From contig CAVSHR010000006.1 of the NCBI GenBank assembly GCA_963727625.1, forward strand, positions 64,001-128,000: DNA of 64,000 bases, read 5' to 3'. The number at the start of each line of letters is the position of its first letter. The stretch's first letter is position 1. Below the pieces are notes generated by a model. It saw only the letters and a list, made by a program, of their open reading frames with translations, was not told the DNA's origin and did no database searches. Shown one piece after another: positions 1 to 11,055 of the stretch. Source of the DNA: an uncultured delta proteobacterium. GTDB taxonomy: Bacteria; Desulfobacterota; Binatia; UBA9968. The position numbers were made by a program, and so were the translations under genes.

Positions 1-304
1 GCTTGAGAATTTCGTGGTAAGACTTAACCCCCGCCTGCCACTCCTCGACGCCGGCGACTACCGCGAAGCTTTCCATAAAACTGGTCCGGCGAAACTCGCC
101 GTCGACGATGATTGGCAAATGATGCGCCACTTGCTTGGCGACGACAGCGCGGATCGCATCGTCCTGGACTTTCTTGACCTCGGTTTCGCTTATCTTTCCC
201 TCGCCGCACCTGGCAAATGCATCTTTCACCGATTGCGGCCGGAGCAAGCTGCCGACCAAATCGACACGCAGAGTGTGGAGATCGACGGCTGACGCAAGAC
301 TCAT
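1..304 (-). CDS. Cobalamin-independent methionine synthase II family protein (N-terminal part, runs off window edge)
   Basis: Not in ORF track. Manual translation from ATG at 304: MSLASAVDLHTLRVDLVGSLLRP...IVDGEFRR, showing the VGSLLRP and DGEFRR family motifs; AAAGGA RBS upstream. Confidence 0.85.
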   Translation of the reverse strand, partial: MSLASAVDLHTLRVDLVGSLLRPQSVKDAFARCGEGKISETEVKKVQDDAIRAVVAKQVAHHLPIIVDGEFRRTSFMESFAVVAGVEEWQAGVKSYHEILK

Positions 305-378
305 CAGTTCATTCCTTTCGCAAACAAGGTTCGCTAGGCTCGGTTCGCCGTCGAGGCTCCGGTTGATAGCCTTGAGGA

Positions 379-1371
379 TTACTTAATTTTTTGTTCGATT
401 TCTTTTTTCACCTCGGCGACCCAGCGCAAGTCCAAGAACTTTTCTGCGGCGACCGGCGCTGCGAGCTTCATCGGCAACCGAATTTCATATTCGAGAATGT
501 TTTTGATCCCTTCGGCCGACGGCAAGCCCGGAACGCCTTGCGGCAGAGCGCGGGCATATCCTTTGATCGCGTCTACCAGCATAGCCTTTGTGAGGTTCCG
601 AAGTTGGAGCTTCTTCATGGCCACATCGGCGGCTTCTTCGGGCCGTTCGCGCAAAAACATCAGGCCGCGGATCACGGCTTTCATCCAACGCTTGACCTGT
701 GCGGAGTTTTCGGCGATTTTCTTGTCTGTGGTGACATAGCCTTGGAACGGCAACGGGAAAATATCGCCGAGGTAAGCCAGATTGCGCAATCCTTCTCGTT
801 CCGCCGCGACGGCGCCGGCAGGATCGAGCACCACGGCGGCCACGGCGCCGCTCTTGACGCCAAGAATTTTATTGCTCGGGCTCGTGCCCAGAGTGATTTT
901 GGTTACATCTTTGGCCGTTAGGCCGGCGCGCTCGACGAACAGCGTGGTGAAACGATCCTCGCTGTCGCCGAGCAACGCCACGCCGATTTTCTTTCCTCTG
1001 AGATCCGTCGTCTGCGAAATCGATGGATGAACGATCAAATACCAGGTCGGCCGCTCGGTTTGATACAGAATCGCTTTGAGCGGTGCGCCCTTGAACGCGG
1101 CTCTAAGCCCGCTGCCGCCGGCGCCGCTGAAGTCGACATCGCCGCTGATCAAGGCCGCGATGCCCGCCGGTCCGCCGACGACGATGGTCTCATTTTCCAG
1201 CGCCTCATCCTTGAAAAAACCTTTGGCATCCGCCGAAAAGATGGACAGGTAATTCAAGTTCAAACCGGGCACCGAGGTGCGAATTTTTTCCGCCAGCGCA
1301 TCGTTGACCAAGAAAATGGCCAACACGAGAGTCAAACATGAATAGCGGTTACTCGTCTTTGACATGATCAT
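379..1371 (-). CDS. ABC-type substrate-binding protein, NMT1/SsuA/THI5-like
   Basis: Signal peptide, KGFFKDEAL, ALISGDVDF, DLRGKKIGV motifs; start chosen at MIMSK (track start 1428). Confidence 0.85.
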   Translation of the reverse strand: MIMSKTSNRYSCLTLVLAIFLVNDALAEKIRTSVPGLNLNYLSIFSADAKGFFKDEALENETIVVGGPAGIAALISGDVDFSGAGGSGLRAAFKGAPLKAILYQTERPTWYLIVHPSISQTTDLRGKKIGVALLGDSEDRFTTLFVERAGLTAKDVTKITLGTSPSNKILGVKSGAVAAVVLDPAGAVAAEREGLRNLAYLGDIFPLPFQGYVTTDKKIAENSAQVKRWMKAVIRGLMFLRERPEEAADVAMKKLQLRNLTKAMLVDAIKGYARALPQGVPGLPSAEGIKNILEYEIRLPMKLAAPVAAEKFLDLRWVAEVKKEIEQKIK

Positions 1372-1592
1372 AAGATTGCTACTCCTTGCGTCGCGATCCT
1401 GCTTTGGTATTCCATGACCGGACTCCAATCCGTTGATTCGCGTCTGGTCGATCTCTCAAAGGCAATTGTTGGGCAGGCACACCATAGGTTAGAATCGCGA
1501 TAAGCGTCAAGACGCAAGTCAAGTGAGCTTTCTAAGCGGGCAGGATCCTTATCTTCGAACCGCAGGACCGTGATGGCGGAGTACCGCCTGCA

Positions 1593-2392
1593 ATGCAAAA
1601 TCTTGACATCGTGGTTATGAACGTGATCTATCGGAATTCGACCGATGGTGCGCCGGGCGCAAAAAGTGAAGTGCCGTCGTTGACGCTAATCTGTCGGGTG
1701 CGGATCTGGCCACGTTGTGGGCTGCCGGTACGACAAAGGGCAAGCTTCGTTTTTCACGACTGCGCCGATTGCGGGCATCGGCGAGCTGAAAGGCGGAGCC
1801 GTCGGTATCTCGCACTTCGGCGCGTTTTCCGATTTCGTGGCGCGCCACGTTCTGAAGAAAAATCGACTTCAGCCGATCAAAGACGTCGCGGTCATCCAAC
1901 TGGGCGGCACTCGGGAAATTATCGCCGGCATGCAAAGAAATTTGCTGCCGGGCGGATCGATATGCCCTGCCGCTGAGCCTTCAAGCGCGCGAGTCGGGAT
2001 TTCGCGAATTGTTGGGCACTGAACAGATCGCTTTGCCGTTCGACTACGGCCGTTTCGTCGTCGAACATTCGCTGCTCAAGACCAAGCGCGAAGAGCTGAA
2101 GAAAGTTTTGCACGCCACCATCGCCGCCTACGATTTGGCGATCCGGGAGCCGGCGCTGGCCAAGCAGGCGGTCGGCCAATACACCCGCACTTCCGACAGG
2201 GAAACCTCGGACGCGACCTACAAGGAAAACGTCAAAGCGTACGCGCTGCGCATCCCGTACGTTTCGGCTTCCGGCCTTTTTTCGCTGGTCGACTTCCGAT
2301 CCGAAACGGCGGCGGTGGTAAAAAAGCTCGCGTTGGGGAAAATGTACGACAACTCGCTGCTGCAAGAAATCGAGAAAGAAACGACGAAGTAA
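1593..2392 (+). pseudogene. Degraded NMT1/SsuA-like substrate-binding protein
   Basis: SBP-like pieces in different frames (AVVDANLSGADL; ELKGGAVGISHFGAFSDF...DVAVIQLGG; ...KMYDNSLLQEIEKE); no signal peptide found. Confidence 0.7.
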
Positions 2393-2401
2393 GGATCGCT
2401 C

Positions 2402-3505
2402 ATGAAACTCGGACTCTTCGACCACATGCAAAAACACGACAATCCGGCGCTCTCTTACGTCGAGCTCTACAAAAATCATCTCGACGTTCTGGAGTCCGCC
2501 GATCAAGCCGGCATGGATTTTTACTTCGTAGCCGAGCATCACTTCGACATGGGGTTTTCCGAGTGCCCGAGTCCCGGCACTTACCTCGGCGCGGCGTCGC
2601 AGCGCACCAAGCGAATCCGCTTGGGGCCGTTGGTTTACGTCTTGCCGCTTTGGAATCCGATCCGCCTCGCCGAGGAAATCGCTCTGCTCGACAACCTCAC
2701 CGAGGGCCGGCTCGAGTGCGGATTCGGCGCCGGCATCGGCCCGTTCAGTTTCGCCGCCTACAATATTCCCTGGGAACAAAAGCGCGAGATGACGCTGGAA
2801 GCGCTGCGCGTTATCAAAGGCATCTGGACCCATGAAACTTTCAGCTTCGAAGGGCGCTACTTCAAATGCAAAGACATCGACTCGAGCATCCCGCTGGTGC
2901 AAAAGCCCCATCCGCCGCTGTGGATGCCGACGCGCAGCAAAGATTCTATTGAAGAAGCGGCGTCGAGCGGCATCAGCACCGTGCAATGGGTGCCGTCGGG
3001 AATGAAGGCTGTGCGCAAGGCGTTCGACGAATATCGAGAGGCGTATCAAAGAGCGAAGCCCGCCGGGCCCGAGCCGCACATCGGCCTGATGCGCGAAATC
3101 TACGTCGCCGAAAGCGACCAGCAAGCGCGGGCGCAGGGCGAGTATCACTGGAAAAATTTTTGGCAGCGCCGCGGCGGCGCGCGCACCTACGGCGCCCATG
3201 GCTCGACGGGCTTGTCCACGATTCTCGACGGCGGGCGCCGCCAGGAGTTGATGGATATGGAGCACTCCATCGCCGAAGGGTCGTTTATTTGCGGCTCGCC
3301 GGAAACCGTCGTCGAGCAAATCAAGAAGATCGCCAATGAAGCGGGCGCCGATACTTTCCTCGGCGAGTTCACTTTCGGCGAGCTCAGTCAAAGGCAAGCG
3401 CTCAGCTCGCTGGGTCTTTTTGCCGAGCAAGTGATGCCCACGCTAAGAAAGTTCGCGATTGACGCGCTCAATTTCCCCAAAGCCGAAGAGCAAGAATTGC
3501 CCTGA
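2402..3505 (+). CDS. LLM-class flavin-dependent oxidoreductase (luciferase-like)
   Basis: MKLGLFDH, AEHHF, TKRIRLG, PLVQKPHPPLW, GSPETV motifs. Confidence 0.92.
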   Translation: MKLGLFDHMQKHDNPALSYVELYKNHLDVLESADQAGMDFYFVAEHHFDMGFSECPSPGTYLGAASQRTKRIRLGPLVYVLPLWNPIRLAEEIALLDNLTEGRLECGFGAGIGPFSFAAYNIPWEQKREMTLEALRVIKGIWTHETFSFEGRYFKCKDIDSSIPLVQKPHPPLWMPTRSKDSIEEAASSGISTVQWVPSGMKAVRKAFDEYREAYQRAKPAGPEPHIGLMREIYVAESDQQARAQGEYHWKNFWQRRGGARTYGAHGSTGLSTILDGGRRQELMDMEHSIAEGSFICGSPETVVEQIKKIANEAGADTFLGEFTFGELSQRQALSSLGLFAEQVMPTLRKFAIDALNFPKAEEQELP

Positions 3506-3595
3506 CGCGCCGTGAGGCAAGATTTTTCGTCGATCTTGGTTGCCCCGCGAATTTCATTTGAGGGATCGCCGATGGATTTGCCGCTGATTGTTCCG

Positions 3596-3760
3596 TCCCG
3601 CGCCGCGTAGTCGCCGACGGATAAGGCCGGCTCCGTCCGGCGCAGTGCGATCAGCCGGCGACAGAGCGAAAGAATCGAACTGTTCTGATTCCGCAACGCA
3701 GGTCAGACGAGTGATGTTTCGCATGACCGGCGATGGCGGCACCGGCCCATGGAAAAACGC
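3596..3760 (-). pseudogene. Remnant of GH13 alpha-glucosidase/alpha-amylase C-terminal region
   Basis: SILSLCRRLIALRRTEPALSVGDY resembles the SxLxxYRxLIALRRxxPALxxGxY segment of GH13 enzymes; rest missing. Confidence 0.5.
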
Positions 3761-3887
3761 TCGACGACCAGCGCCTGATTCCAAGATCTTGGAAAATTTC
3801 CGGGCAAATTTCTCAGGAGTAATTTTCGACGCCGGGCGCTCGACTCCGAAGTAGTGAAAATCAAAGGAAACCGATCTAACTCACTTT

Positions 3888-3903
3888 TGGCATGGGCGTT
3901 GCT
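3888..3903 (+). promoter_or_regulatory. Putative sigma54 (-24/-12) promoter
   Basis: TGGCAT-GGGCG-TTGCT matches TGGCAC-N5-TTGCW; followed by AGGAGG RBS and ATG at 3931. Confidence 0.65.
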
Positions 3904-3930
3904 CAATTAAAGCAGTAGGAGGTGCACAGT

Positions 3931-4086
3931 ATGCGAGAGGACACTCCACCTGGCTAGAAAAGAAAAAGCTCCGTGGTTGACGGAGCGCTTCTCGGCTACG
4001 AGTGGCTGGATGTTACGCCTTCACGCTAAACCCCGGAAGGTTTGATCTCGCTGCGGCGAGAACCTAAAGAAGAGGCTAAACACTAG
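3931..4086 (+). pseudogene. Small ORF with two in-frame stops (or 8-aa peptide)
   Basis: MREDTPPG*KRKSSVVDGALLGYEWLDVTPSR*TPEGLISLRREPKEEAKH* after a strong RBS. Confidence 0.4.
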
Positions 4087-4186
4087 CGGGGAACTCGGAG
4101 CGGAACTCGATAACCGGAGAAACGCTACCGATCTAGCCAGCGATTGGAAAAAAATTTACAGTTATGCCGTTGGCGCAATAACGCCA

Positions 4187-4227
4187 CAAGAGGGCTCCGG
4201 CATCGGTCGGAGCCCTCTTGCTTTTTC
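4187..4227 (+). terminator. Rho-independent terminator
   Basis: CAAGAGGGCTCCG-loop-CGGAGCCCTCTTG followed by CTTTTT. Confidence 0.8.
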
Positions 4228-4401
4228 AGCCTCCGCTCGCACCGCTAGATCAGATCATTCGCCGGTGCCGATCGCTTTCATTGGTGGCCTAGTCTGCATA
4301 TCGTCATTGGCCCAAACTTTGCCACAAAACAAGTATGAACACTTTTTATTTAGGCAAACGGATTCACGCGCAAACTAACTTGCGCGCAAAGGAGAGAGGT
4401 T

Positions 4402-5307
4402 ATGAGCAACACTGATCTACGCAGCGGCTATCAGTGGAACTATCGGCCACAGTCACCGCAGCGGCCAAAATGGTTTGCCGCATGGCCGGGCGGCAACCGC
4501 ATCGCCGTCACTTTCAACATCATGCATGAGTGGGAGTCGGTGCCCCGTTCGACCGCGATCCGCAAACGGGGACTGACGGCGGGCGCGGAGGGCATCGATT
4601 TCTTGGCGCTTGGCGCGCGTCAATACGGCGCCAATTTCGGCTTTCGAAGGTTGCTCGACGTCTTGGACAAATTTGACGTCAAGGCTACGGTGCTCACCAG
4701 CGGGCTCATGGCAGAGCTGTTTCCCGAAACCTTGAGAGACGCGATCGCGCGCGGTCATGAAGTCGCTTGTCATCATTGGGATCAAAGCCGGCACCCCTTC
4801 GAATACGCCGGCATGGAAGAGGAACGGGGTGTGATCGTCAAATCCGTCGAAGCCATCGAGCGCGCTACCGGTAAACGCCCGTTGGGCTACATGTCGCCGG
4901 GTCCCCGGCCCAGTCCCTATACTTTGGAAATCTGCGCCGCTCTCGATTTCGCATGGAACGGCGATTACTGTGACTCGGATATACCTTACATGATCGATGT
5001 GAACGGCAAGAAGCTCGTGTCCGTCGGTTACGTGAGGCCCGGCTATACCGATAACGATCTCTTGCCGTTAGGCTTGCCTGGCGCCCTGGAGCAACTGAAA
5101 GCCGAATTCGACGCGCACTTTGAAGAAAGCGCGCGCCATCCAATGAAATTCCGCTATGCCATGCACAACTTCACCGGCGGCCGGCCCGGGTTGGCGAAAG
5201 TCTTCGAAAGATTTTTGGAATATGTGAAAGACCATCGGGGCGTGTGGTTTTGCCGCTGCATCGATATCGCGAAGTTCTGGGCAGAACACGAAGATTTGCA
5301 GCGGTGA
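4402..5307 (+). CDS. Polysaccharide deacetylase family protein (PuuE-like, CE4 fold)
   Basis: WPGGNRIAV, YGANFGFRRLLDVLD, GHEVACHHW, GVWF motifs; GGAGAGAGG RBS. Confidence 0.85.
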   Translation: MSNTDLRSGYQWNYRPQSPQRPKWFAAWPGGNRIAVTFNIMHEWESVPRSTAIRKRGLTAGAEGIDFLALGARQYGANFGFRRLLDVLDKFDVKATVLTSGLMAELFPETLRDAIARGHEVACHHWDQSRHPFEYAGMEEERGVIVKSVEAIERATGKRPLGYMSPGPRPSPYTLEICAALDFAWNGDYCDSDIPYMIDVNGKKLVSVGYVRPGYTDNDLLPLGLPGALEQLKAEFDAHFEESARHPMKFRYAMHNFTGGRPGLAKVFERFLEYVKDHRGVWFCRCIDIAKFWAEHEDLQR

Positions 5308-5512
5308 CCTTGAACCGAAAGAGACGAAAGCCGCTCGCTAGGGTCCATTCGTTTACCGCATAAGCCGGCCTGATGACGCGATGGCCCCATCGGCGCCTAG
5401 GGTGCAACCTCGAGCGCCAAACGGTACAGCGGCAAGCGAAAGCCATGTTTCAACGCCGGGAAGTCGCGCGCGTAAGTTTAAAAACAACCTCTGACAATTG
5501 CACGCCGCGGAC

Positions 5513-7165
5513 TCATTTCGTCCCGGAAGCAAACACCGACTGCACGATCTGCCAGGCTTGGTCTTGAATCTTTTTTAAGTGATTTTCCGAGCGGAGACTT
5601 TCAGCGTAAATTTTACAGAGGTCTTCGGTGCCCGAGGGACGCACGGCGAACCAGCCGCTACGCGCGGAAACTTTTAGACCGCCAATCTCCGCGCCGTTGC
5701 CCGGCGCGCGGGTGAGCTTGGCCATGATCGGCTCACCGGCAAGCTCGGTCGCCGCCAGCGCTTCGGGTCGCAGCGCTTTGAGCGCTTTTTTTTCCGCCGC
5801 CGTCGCCGGCAGATCCATGCGCGCGTAACATGGCCGCCCCAATTCTCTGGTCAATTCATCGTACCAAGCGCCGGGGTCGCGCCCGGTGGTCGCGATGATC
5901 TCGGCGGCAAGCAGACAAAGAATGATGCCGTCCTTGTCCGTGGTCCAGACTCTGCCATCGCGGCAGAGAAAACTCGCACCGGCGCTCTCCTCGCCGCCGA
6001 AACAGATCGTACCGTCGAACAGGCCCGGTGAAAACCATTTGAAGCCGACCGGCACCTCGAAAAGCTTCCGGCCCAGGCGGTCGACGACGCGATCGATGAG
6101 CGAGCTGCTCACCAGTGTCTTGCCGACCGCCGCCTCTTTGCTCCACTGCGGCCGGTGCGTCAGTAAATAATGAATCGCCACGGCGAGGTAATGGTTCGGA
6201 TCCATCAACCCCTTTGACGGCGTGACGATGCCGTGACGGTCAGAGTCCGCGTCGTTGCCCACGGCGACTTGAAAACGGTCTTTGAAGCCGACCAGACCGG
6301 CCATCGCGTAGGGGCTGGAGCAATCCATCCGGATCTTGCCGTCATGATCCAATGTCATGAAGCGGAAAGTAGGATCGACTTTGTCATTGACGACCGTGAG
6401 GTCGAGCCGGTAACACCCGGCGATTTTCTGCCAGTAGGCCAACGCCGCGCCGCCGAGCGGATCGACGCCGATTTTCACTCCTGCCGAGGCGATCGATTCC
6501 ATGTCGATCACCGCCGTCAGATCGTCGACGTAGGGACCAAGCAGATCCGCTTCATGGGTGCTCGCGGCGTTGAGCGCGGCGGGATAGGCCACTCGTTTCA
6601 CCGCGCGATTACCGGAGCGCAAGAGCTCGTTGGCGCGCTGCTGTATCCAGTCGGTCACGTCGGTGTCGGCCGGCCCGCCTTGGGGTGGATTGTATTTGAA
6701 GCCGCCATCCGCCGGCGGATTGTGCGACGGCGTCACCACGATGCCGTCGGCAAGCGCCGTCTTTTTATCTCGATTATGAACTAGAATCGCGCGCGAGATC
6801 GACGGCGTGGGCGTAAAGCCATCGGCCTGCTGAATGATCGTCGTCACTCCGTTGGCGGCGAGCACTTCGAGAGCGGTTCTTTGTGCCGGTCCGGACACGG
6901 CATGAGTATCCTTGCCCATAAACAGCGGCCCGGAAAGTTGATTGCTTGCACGGTAATCGCAGATCGCCTGGGTGATAGCGAGAATATGCGCCTCGTTGAG
7001 CGTGCCCTCGAGGGGACTGCCGCGGTGGCCGCTGGTGCCGAAGCTCACCAGCTGCTGCGGGTTGTCAACGTCGGGCTTGCGCTGGTAATAGGCTTTTTCC
7101 AGCTGCTCGACGTCGATCAAGATATCGGCGGGCGCCGGCTTTCCCGCCAGAGGATGAATCGCCAT
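5513..7165 (-). CDS. pgm: Phosphoglucomutase (alpha-D-glucose phosphate-specific)
   Basis: [15 protein letters not shown] phosphoserine loop, DADSDRH metal loop, GEESAG, RPSGTE. Confidence 0.96.
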   Translation of the reverse strand: MAIHPLAGKPAPADILIDVEQLEKAYYQRKPDVDNPQQLVSFGTSGHRGSPLEGTLNEAHILAITQAICDYRASNQLSGPLFMGKDTHAVSGPAQRTALEVLAANGVTTIIQQADGFTPTPSISRAILVHNRDKKTALADGIVVTPSHNPPADGGFKYNPPQGGPADTDVTDWIQQRANELLRSGNRAVKRVAYPAALNAASTHEADLLGPYVDDLTAVIDMESIASAGVKIGVDPLGGAALAYWQKIAGCYRLDLTVVNDKVDPTFRFMTLDHDGKIRMDCSSPYAMAGLVGFKDRFQVAVGNDADSDRHGIVTPSKGLMDPNHYLAVAIHYLLTHRPQWSKEAAVGKTLVSSSLIDRVVDRLGRKLFEVPVGFKWFSPGLFDGTICFGGEESAGASFLCRDGRVWTTDKDGIILCLLAAEIIATTGRDPGAWYDELTRELGRPCYARMDLPATAAEKKALKALRPEALAATELAGEPIMAKLTRAPGNGAEIGGLKVSARSGWFAVRPSGTEDLCKIYAESLRSENHLKKIQDQAWQIVQSVFASGTK

Positions 7166-7363
7166 GACTAATTCCTTTCTCGAAACCGATCGCGCAGGCT
7201 TTAACTATGACCGCGCGCTGTTTCAAATATACAACGGTGAAAATTTAGATCCTAGCGCGGAGCAGGATTCTTGCGCGGCCGGATGAAAGCGCAAGCGCAC
7301 CGGTTTGGATGGCTGGCGCGGCGCATCGGCGTAGAACGCCGAACCGAGCGCAACGCAGACCGA

Positions 7364-8383
7364 TTACAGATCTTTCAGCGCCGGCATCACCCGCTCGGCA
7401 AACAGCCGGATGTTATTGAGCGCCAGCTCCTGCGGCATGCCGCCGAAGTGAAACGTGCCGGAGAACGTCGTGATGCCGGCTTCTTCATGCCAGCGTTGAA
7501 TGGTGTCGCTGCAGCGCTCCGGATCGCCGACGATGATGAAACCGCGCGCCATGTCGGAGCCGATATCGCGCTCGGTGAGCCGGCGCTCGGGATCGACGGC
7601 GTGATGGATGTCGCTGTAGTTCTTCATGAACGGCGCCGCTTCGCGCATGCCGCGCTCGAAGCTGTCGGAGACATAGATGTGAAACTTGCCGAGCACCTGG
7701 CGGCCGACGAAATCATGGCCGTTATGCGCCAGAGCGTCGCGGTACACTTTCACCAACTCGCGCAGCGCGTCGGTTGAAGGGTGGACAAAGGGCACGGTCA
7801 TCAGGTCGTAACCCATCTCGCCGGCCCAACGAAAGGTCGCCTCGCTGCGCGTGGCGCCGACCCAGATCGGCGGATGCGGCCGCTGCACCGGCTTGGGCAG
7901 AACATTGACGTTCTCGTAACGATAAAACTCGCCGCGATAATTGATTGGCTGCTCCGACCACGCCTGGCGGATAATCTCCGCGCTTTCATGAAAGCGCTGG
8001 GTCGCTTCGTTTTGCTCCGCGCCGAATTTTCGATACTCCACCGGCTCGCTGCCCTTGCCGATGCCGAAGTCGATGCGGCCGTTGGAAACCACGTCAGCCA
8101 TGGCGTAGGCCTCGGCGAGATCGATCGGCCGGTGCAACGGCAGCACCGCCACGGCGACGCCGAGCCGAATGCGCGCAGCCAACTGCGCCACGGCGGCAAG
8201 AAATGTCGGCGGGTGCGGCAAGGTGCCGCCATAACCGCCGAAATGATGCTCGGTCACCCAGGCTTGATCGAAGCCGAGCTTTTCCACTTCGATGATCTGC
8301 TCGAACATGCAGCGATAGAAAGCCGGCAAGGTCGCGTCGACCTCGGGCATGTAGGTAGGCAAAATATGCGTGGCGAATTTCAT
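7364..8383 (-). CDS. LLM-class flavin-dependent oxidoreductase
   Basis: WVTEHHF, RIRLGVAV, PKPVQRPHPPIW. Confidence 0.92.
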   Translation of the reverse strand: MKFATHILPTYMPEVDATLPAFYRCMFEQIIEVEKLGFDQAWVTEHHFGGYGGTLPHPPTFLAAVAQLAARIRLGVAVAVLPLHRPIDLAEAYAMADVVSNGRIDFGIGKGSEPVEYRKFGAEQNEATQRFHESAEIIRQAWSEQPINYRGEFYRYENVNVLPKPVQRPHPPIWVGATRSEATFRWAGEMGYDLMTVPFVHPSTDALRELVKVYRDALAHNGHDFVGRQVLGKFHIYVSDSFERGMREAAPFMKNYSDIHHAVDPERRLTERDIGSDMARGFIIVGDPERCSDTIQRWHEEAGITTFSGTFHFGGMPQELALNNIRLFAERVMPALKDL

Positions 8384-8415
8384 GGCGCTATTCTTCGGTC
8401 AAAAAAGGCTCATTT

Positions 8416-8722
8416 TCAACATTTCGTCGCCGAGAACCTGCACAGCGCGCTATCGTTGGTTTCGAGTGCGTCGTCGAAAGCCAACTCCTCTTCGCGCTTT
8501 AACGTTGCGCCCGACCCGTTGGCCCGGCGCATGTCCTGTCCGCGCTTCATGCCGCCGATGAGGCGCAGCAACGTCGACTTGCCGCAGCCCGACGGGCCGA
8601 TGATTGGTAAAAACGGTCCATTGCTGACATCGAGCGAAACCGCATTGACCGCGACAACCTCTGCCGACCCCTTGTCCGGGTTGCCGAATGCTTTGCTCAC
8701 GTTCCGTGCGTAAGATCGCCAT
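8416..8722 (-). pseudogene. Truncated ABC transporter ATP-binding protein fragment
   Basis: Walker [17 protein letters not shown] present, frameshift after MAILRTE, no signature/Walker B region. Confidence 0.7.
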
Positions 8723-8736
8723 GGATTCGTCTCATC

Positions 8737-8761
8737 GGGGCGCGATGAATCGCGCCCCTAC
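8737..8761 (-). repeat. GTAG-type REP palindrome
   Basis: Minus strand GTAGGGGCGCGATTCATCGCGCCCC. Confidence 0.65.
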
Positions 8762-8956
8762 AAATAGGCGCATTCAAGAGAGGCGTCAAGGAAAATGGAG
8801 TGGGTAAGCTATCGCCAAGCGTTCCCGGTTTCAGGGGGGAGCCGCCTATTTATGGCCATTTCTCTCTCACTTATCCAGTGTTTCGAATCTGGTGGGATAG
8901 GACAAGTACTGTAGTGCTGGGAAATCCGAAAAACCCAACACTGCGATGTTTCTGAT

Positions 8957-10204
8957 TCACTTCTCCAGTCCCGGATTAGCCATGAACACGGAGGCGGCGA
9001 GTTTTTGTTTCGTCTGCGGGTGGTGGATGGTGCGCTTCAGCACAAAATCGAAGAGCAGCGGGTTGTAGTCGTAGATTTCGTTGAGTGCTTGGCGCTCGTC
9101 CGCAGTGATGAATCCGTCACGTGCTAGCGCGCGCGTCCAGATCAGGGAATTGATCGCCGGCAGCGGGTAGTCGCTGCCGTTGACCAGGCGCGGGTGCAGG
9201 TCTTGGCGCTTTAGGATCGTCAACATCGGCTCGGGCATGCGGTTGAATTGCAGCATCGCCGAGATGTCGCCGAACAGCAGGCCGACATATTTCGGGTCAT
9301 CCATCAGGCGCAGGAATAACGCAAAACAGCTCGCGGTTTTGCCAACGCCGTTGTCGAGATCCTCGCAGGTGCCGAGGCTGGCGGCGTGGGCGATGATGAC
9401 GCGGACGCCGGCGTCGAGCACACGGCGCAGCCGGAGCGGGTTGCCGAGTCGCTGATCTTCCCGGGATTCGACGGCTTGCTCTTCGCCGCCGTGGGACAAG
9501 AGAATCATCCCGTACTTCTTCATTCTTTCGTAGAAGGGAATGATAGCCTTGTCCGCCGGATCCATACCCATGGCGTTGGGCAGCCATTTGACGTATTTAA
9601 CGCCCGCCTTCGCGCGCCGATCGAGCGCTTGCAGAGCATCGCGCCGGTAGGGATGGATCGACACCACGGGGAGGAAGATATCGGGGTACCGCTCGGCCAA
9701 CTCGACAACGTAGCGGTTGGGGATGTAAATATTGGTTTTCTTGAGATTCACGCTGCCGTCGGTGTTGTACTGTTTGTCGAAAGCGAGGATCCGGTATTTG
9801 CCGTGGCGTTTGATGGCGCGTGCCAGACGCACCAGCCGGTCGATATACTCCGCGTCGGCGTTGTTTTCGTGTTTAATCCCCGAGGCGCTCTCGTAGATCC
9901 AAAACTTCAAGCGTTCGAGATTAAAGCCGCTGCGCGTGCGCGGATTCACAAACGCGTCAGGGACGCTCGTGCCGATGGCGATGATATGGGTGTGGTAATC
10001 GACCAGCCCCGCCGGATCGATGCCTTCAAAGGCTTGGTCGATTAGCGTCTGCGCCGACGGACTGGCACCTTGCGCGAGCTCTTCGGGAGTCTTTGAAAAA
10101 GCGCCGCCGATCCGGTCGATCGGGCAGCCGGTCGCAGTCAACAGAAGCGCGAGAATCAGAACTAAATGCAGCGATCGGCGGAATAAGGCGTGCGGGAACT
10201 TCAT
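8957..10204 (-). CDS. Amidohydrolase family protein, probable lipoprotein
   Basis: DYHTH, SIHPY, HGGEE, IIAHAA, NGSDYP; hydrophobic leader ending LLLTATGC. Confidence 0.85.
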   Translation of the reverse strand: MKFPHALFRRSLHLVLILALLLTATGCPIDRIGGAFSKTPEELAQGASPSAQTLIDQAFEGIDPAGLVDYHTHIIAIGTSVPDAFVNPRTRSGFNLERLKFWIYESASGIKHENNADAEYIDRLVRLARAIKRHGKYRILAFDKQYNTDGSVNLKKTNIYIPNRYVVELAERYPDIFLPVVSIHPYRRDALQALDRRAKAGVKYVKWLPNAMGMDPADKAIIPFYERMKKYGMILLSHGGEEQAVESREDQRLGNPLRLRRVLDAGVRVIIAHAASLGTCEDLDNGVGKTASCFALFLRLMDDPKYVGLLFGDISAMLQFNRMPEPMLTILKRQDLHPRLVNGSDYPLPAINSLIWTRALARDGFITADERQALNEIYDYNPLLFDFVLKRTIHHPQTKQKLAASVFMANPGLEK

Positions 10205-10400
10205 GATTGTCGATGAGCAAAGCGCACCAGCCAATACGCTGTCAAACGCCGGTCGCAATCTCCACTGCGCCATGCTGACGGGCTGCCTATGGATCGAACC
10301 GAGATAGACGCGGCCAGATTTCGTCTGATAAGGCGAACATTTTTGCTCCTAGTTTTGGCGGACCTGGCGCTTGTTTGCATCAGATTGGCGCGAAAATCGA

Positions 10401-10416
10401 TGGTATGCAGATTGCG
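10401..10416 (+). promoter_or_regulatory. Putative sigma54 promoter
   Basis: TGGTAT-GCAGA-TTGCG upstream of first paralog. Confidence 0.5.
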
Positions 10417-10489
10417 ATTTGGCAACAAAGGCTGCTGCCTTTCGATTTTGCAGCATGCGTCGATCCCCGGTCGGAGGAGTTGGTTCACC

Positions 10490-10870
10490 ATGGAATCGGG
10501 CTTTATATTTCGCACCAAGGAACATCGGGGGTGCGGCATCCGGGCGGCATCCTACGCGGCTGGACCGCAGAGTTGGATTCCCGAGGCTTGCGTCTGGCTG
10601 CAAACCGACGACGGGTCGATTAAGGTTTGGCTCCGCAGTTTCGCTCACTGTTTTGCCAGCGAGAAGGTTACCTTTCGCAATAAACTAGAAGCCGATAATT
10701 GGGCCTTCGACGCCGCTTGCGCGATCATCGACAGGGCGCTGCCTGAGTTCGATGCGATCTTTTCGCCGCGCGTGCCGCTTTGCACCAACCCCATGCGCAA
10801 GCTCCTCGGCGTGGTGCGCCGCCCCTTGGGAGTTTTACGCCGTATTGGCGTTCGCGCTGGTGCGGATTAA
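10490..10870 (+). CDS. Hypothetical protein (paralog 1)
   Basis: GGAGGAG RBS then MESGFIFRTKEHRGCGIRAASY...; clearly homologous to 11138-11524. Confidence 0.75.
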   Translation: MESGFIFRTKEHRGCGIRAASYAAGPQSWIPEACVWLQTDDGSIKVWLRSFAHCFASEKVTFRNKLEADNWAFDAACAIIDRALPEFDAIFSPRVPLCTNPMRKLLGVVRRPLGVLRRIGVRAGAD

Positions 10871-11055
10871 CCAGAGCTCGATGGATTTGCTCGGATGCTG
10901 AGCTATTTCCGCGACCTAGCTCAAACAGAGCGGTATTTCGGTCAAGCTCTGACCGACAGGTAAATTCTAAGCATAGGCGAACGCTTTTACGCATAAGCTT
11001 GCTAAGAGAGAACGACATCGTCCGCGAAAATGCTTAGAAATGCCAATTCATCAGA

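Noticed and set aside
14-292. Plus-strand 92-aa ORF
   Set aside because: Antisense shadow of the minus-strand methionine synthase II-like gene
1919-3430. 503-aa minus-strand ORF
   Set aside because: Antisense to the LLM gene; long shadow ORFs are expected in GC-rich DNA and it has no motifs
3955-3957. Pyrrolysine read-through of TAG
   Set aside because: A TAA follows in the same frame and no pyl genes are visible
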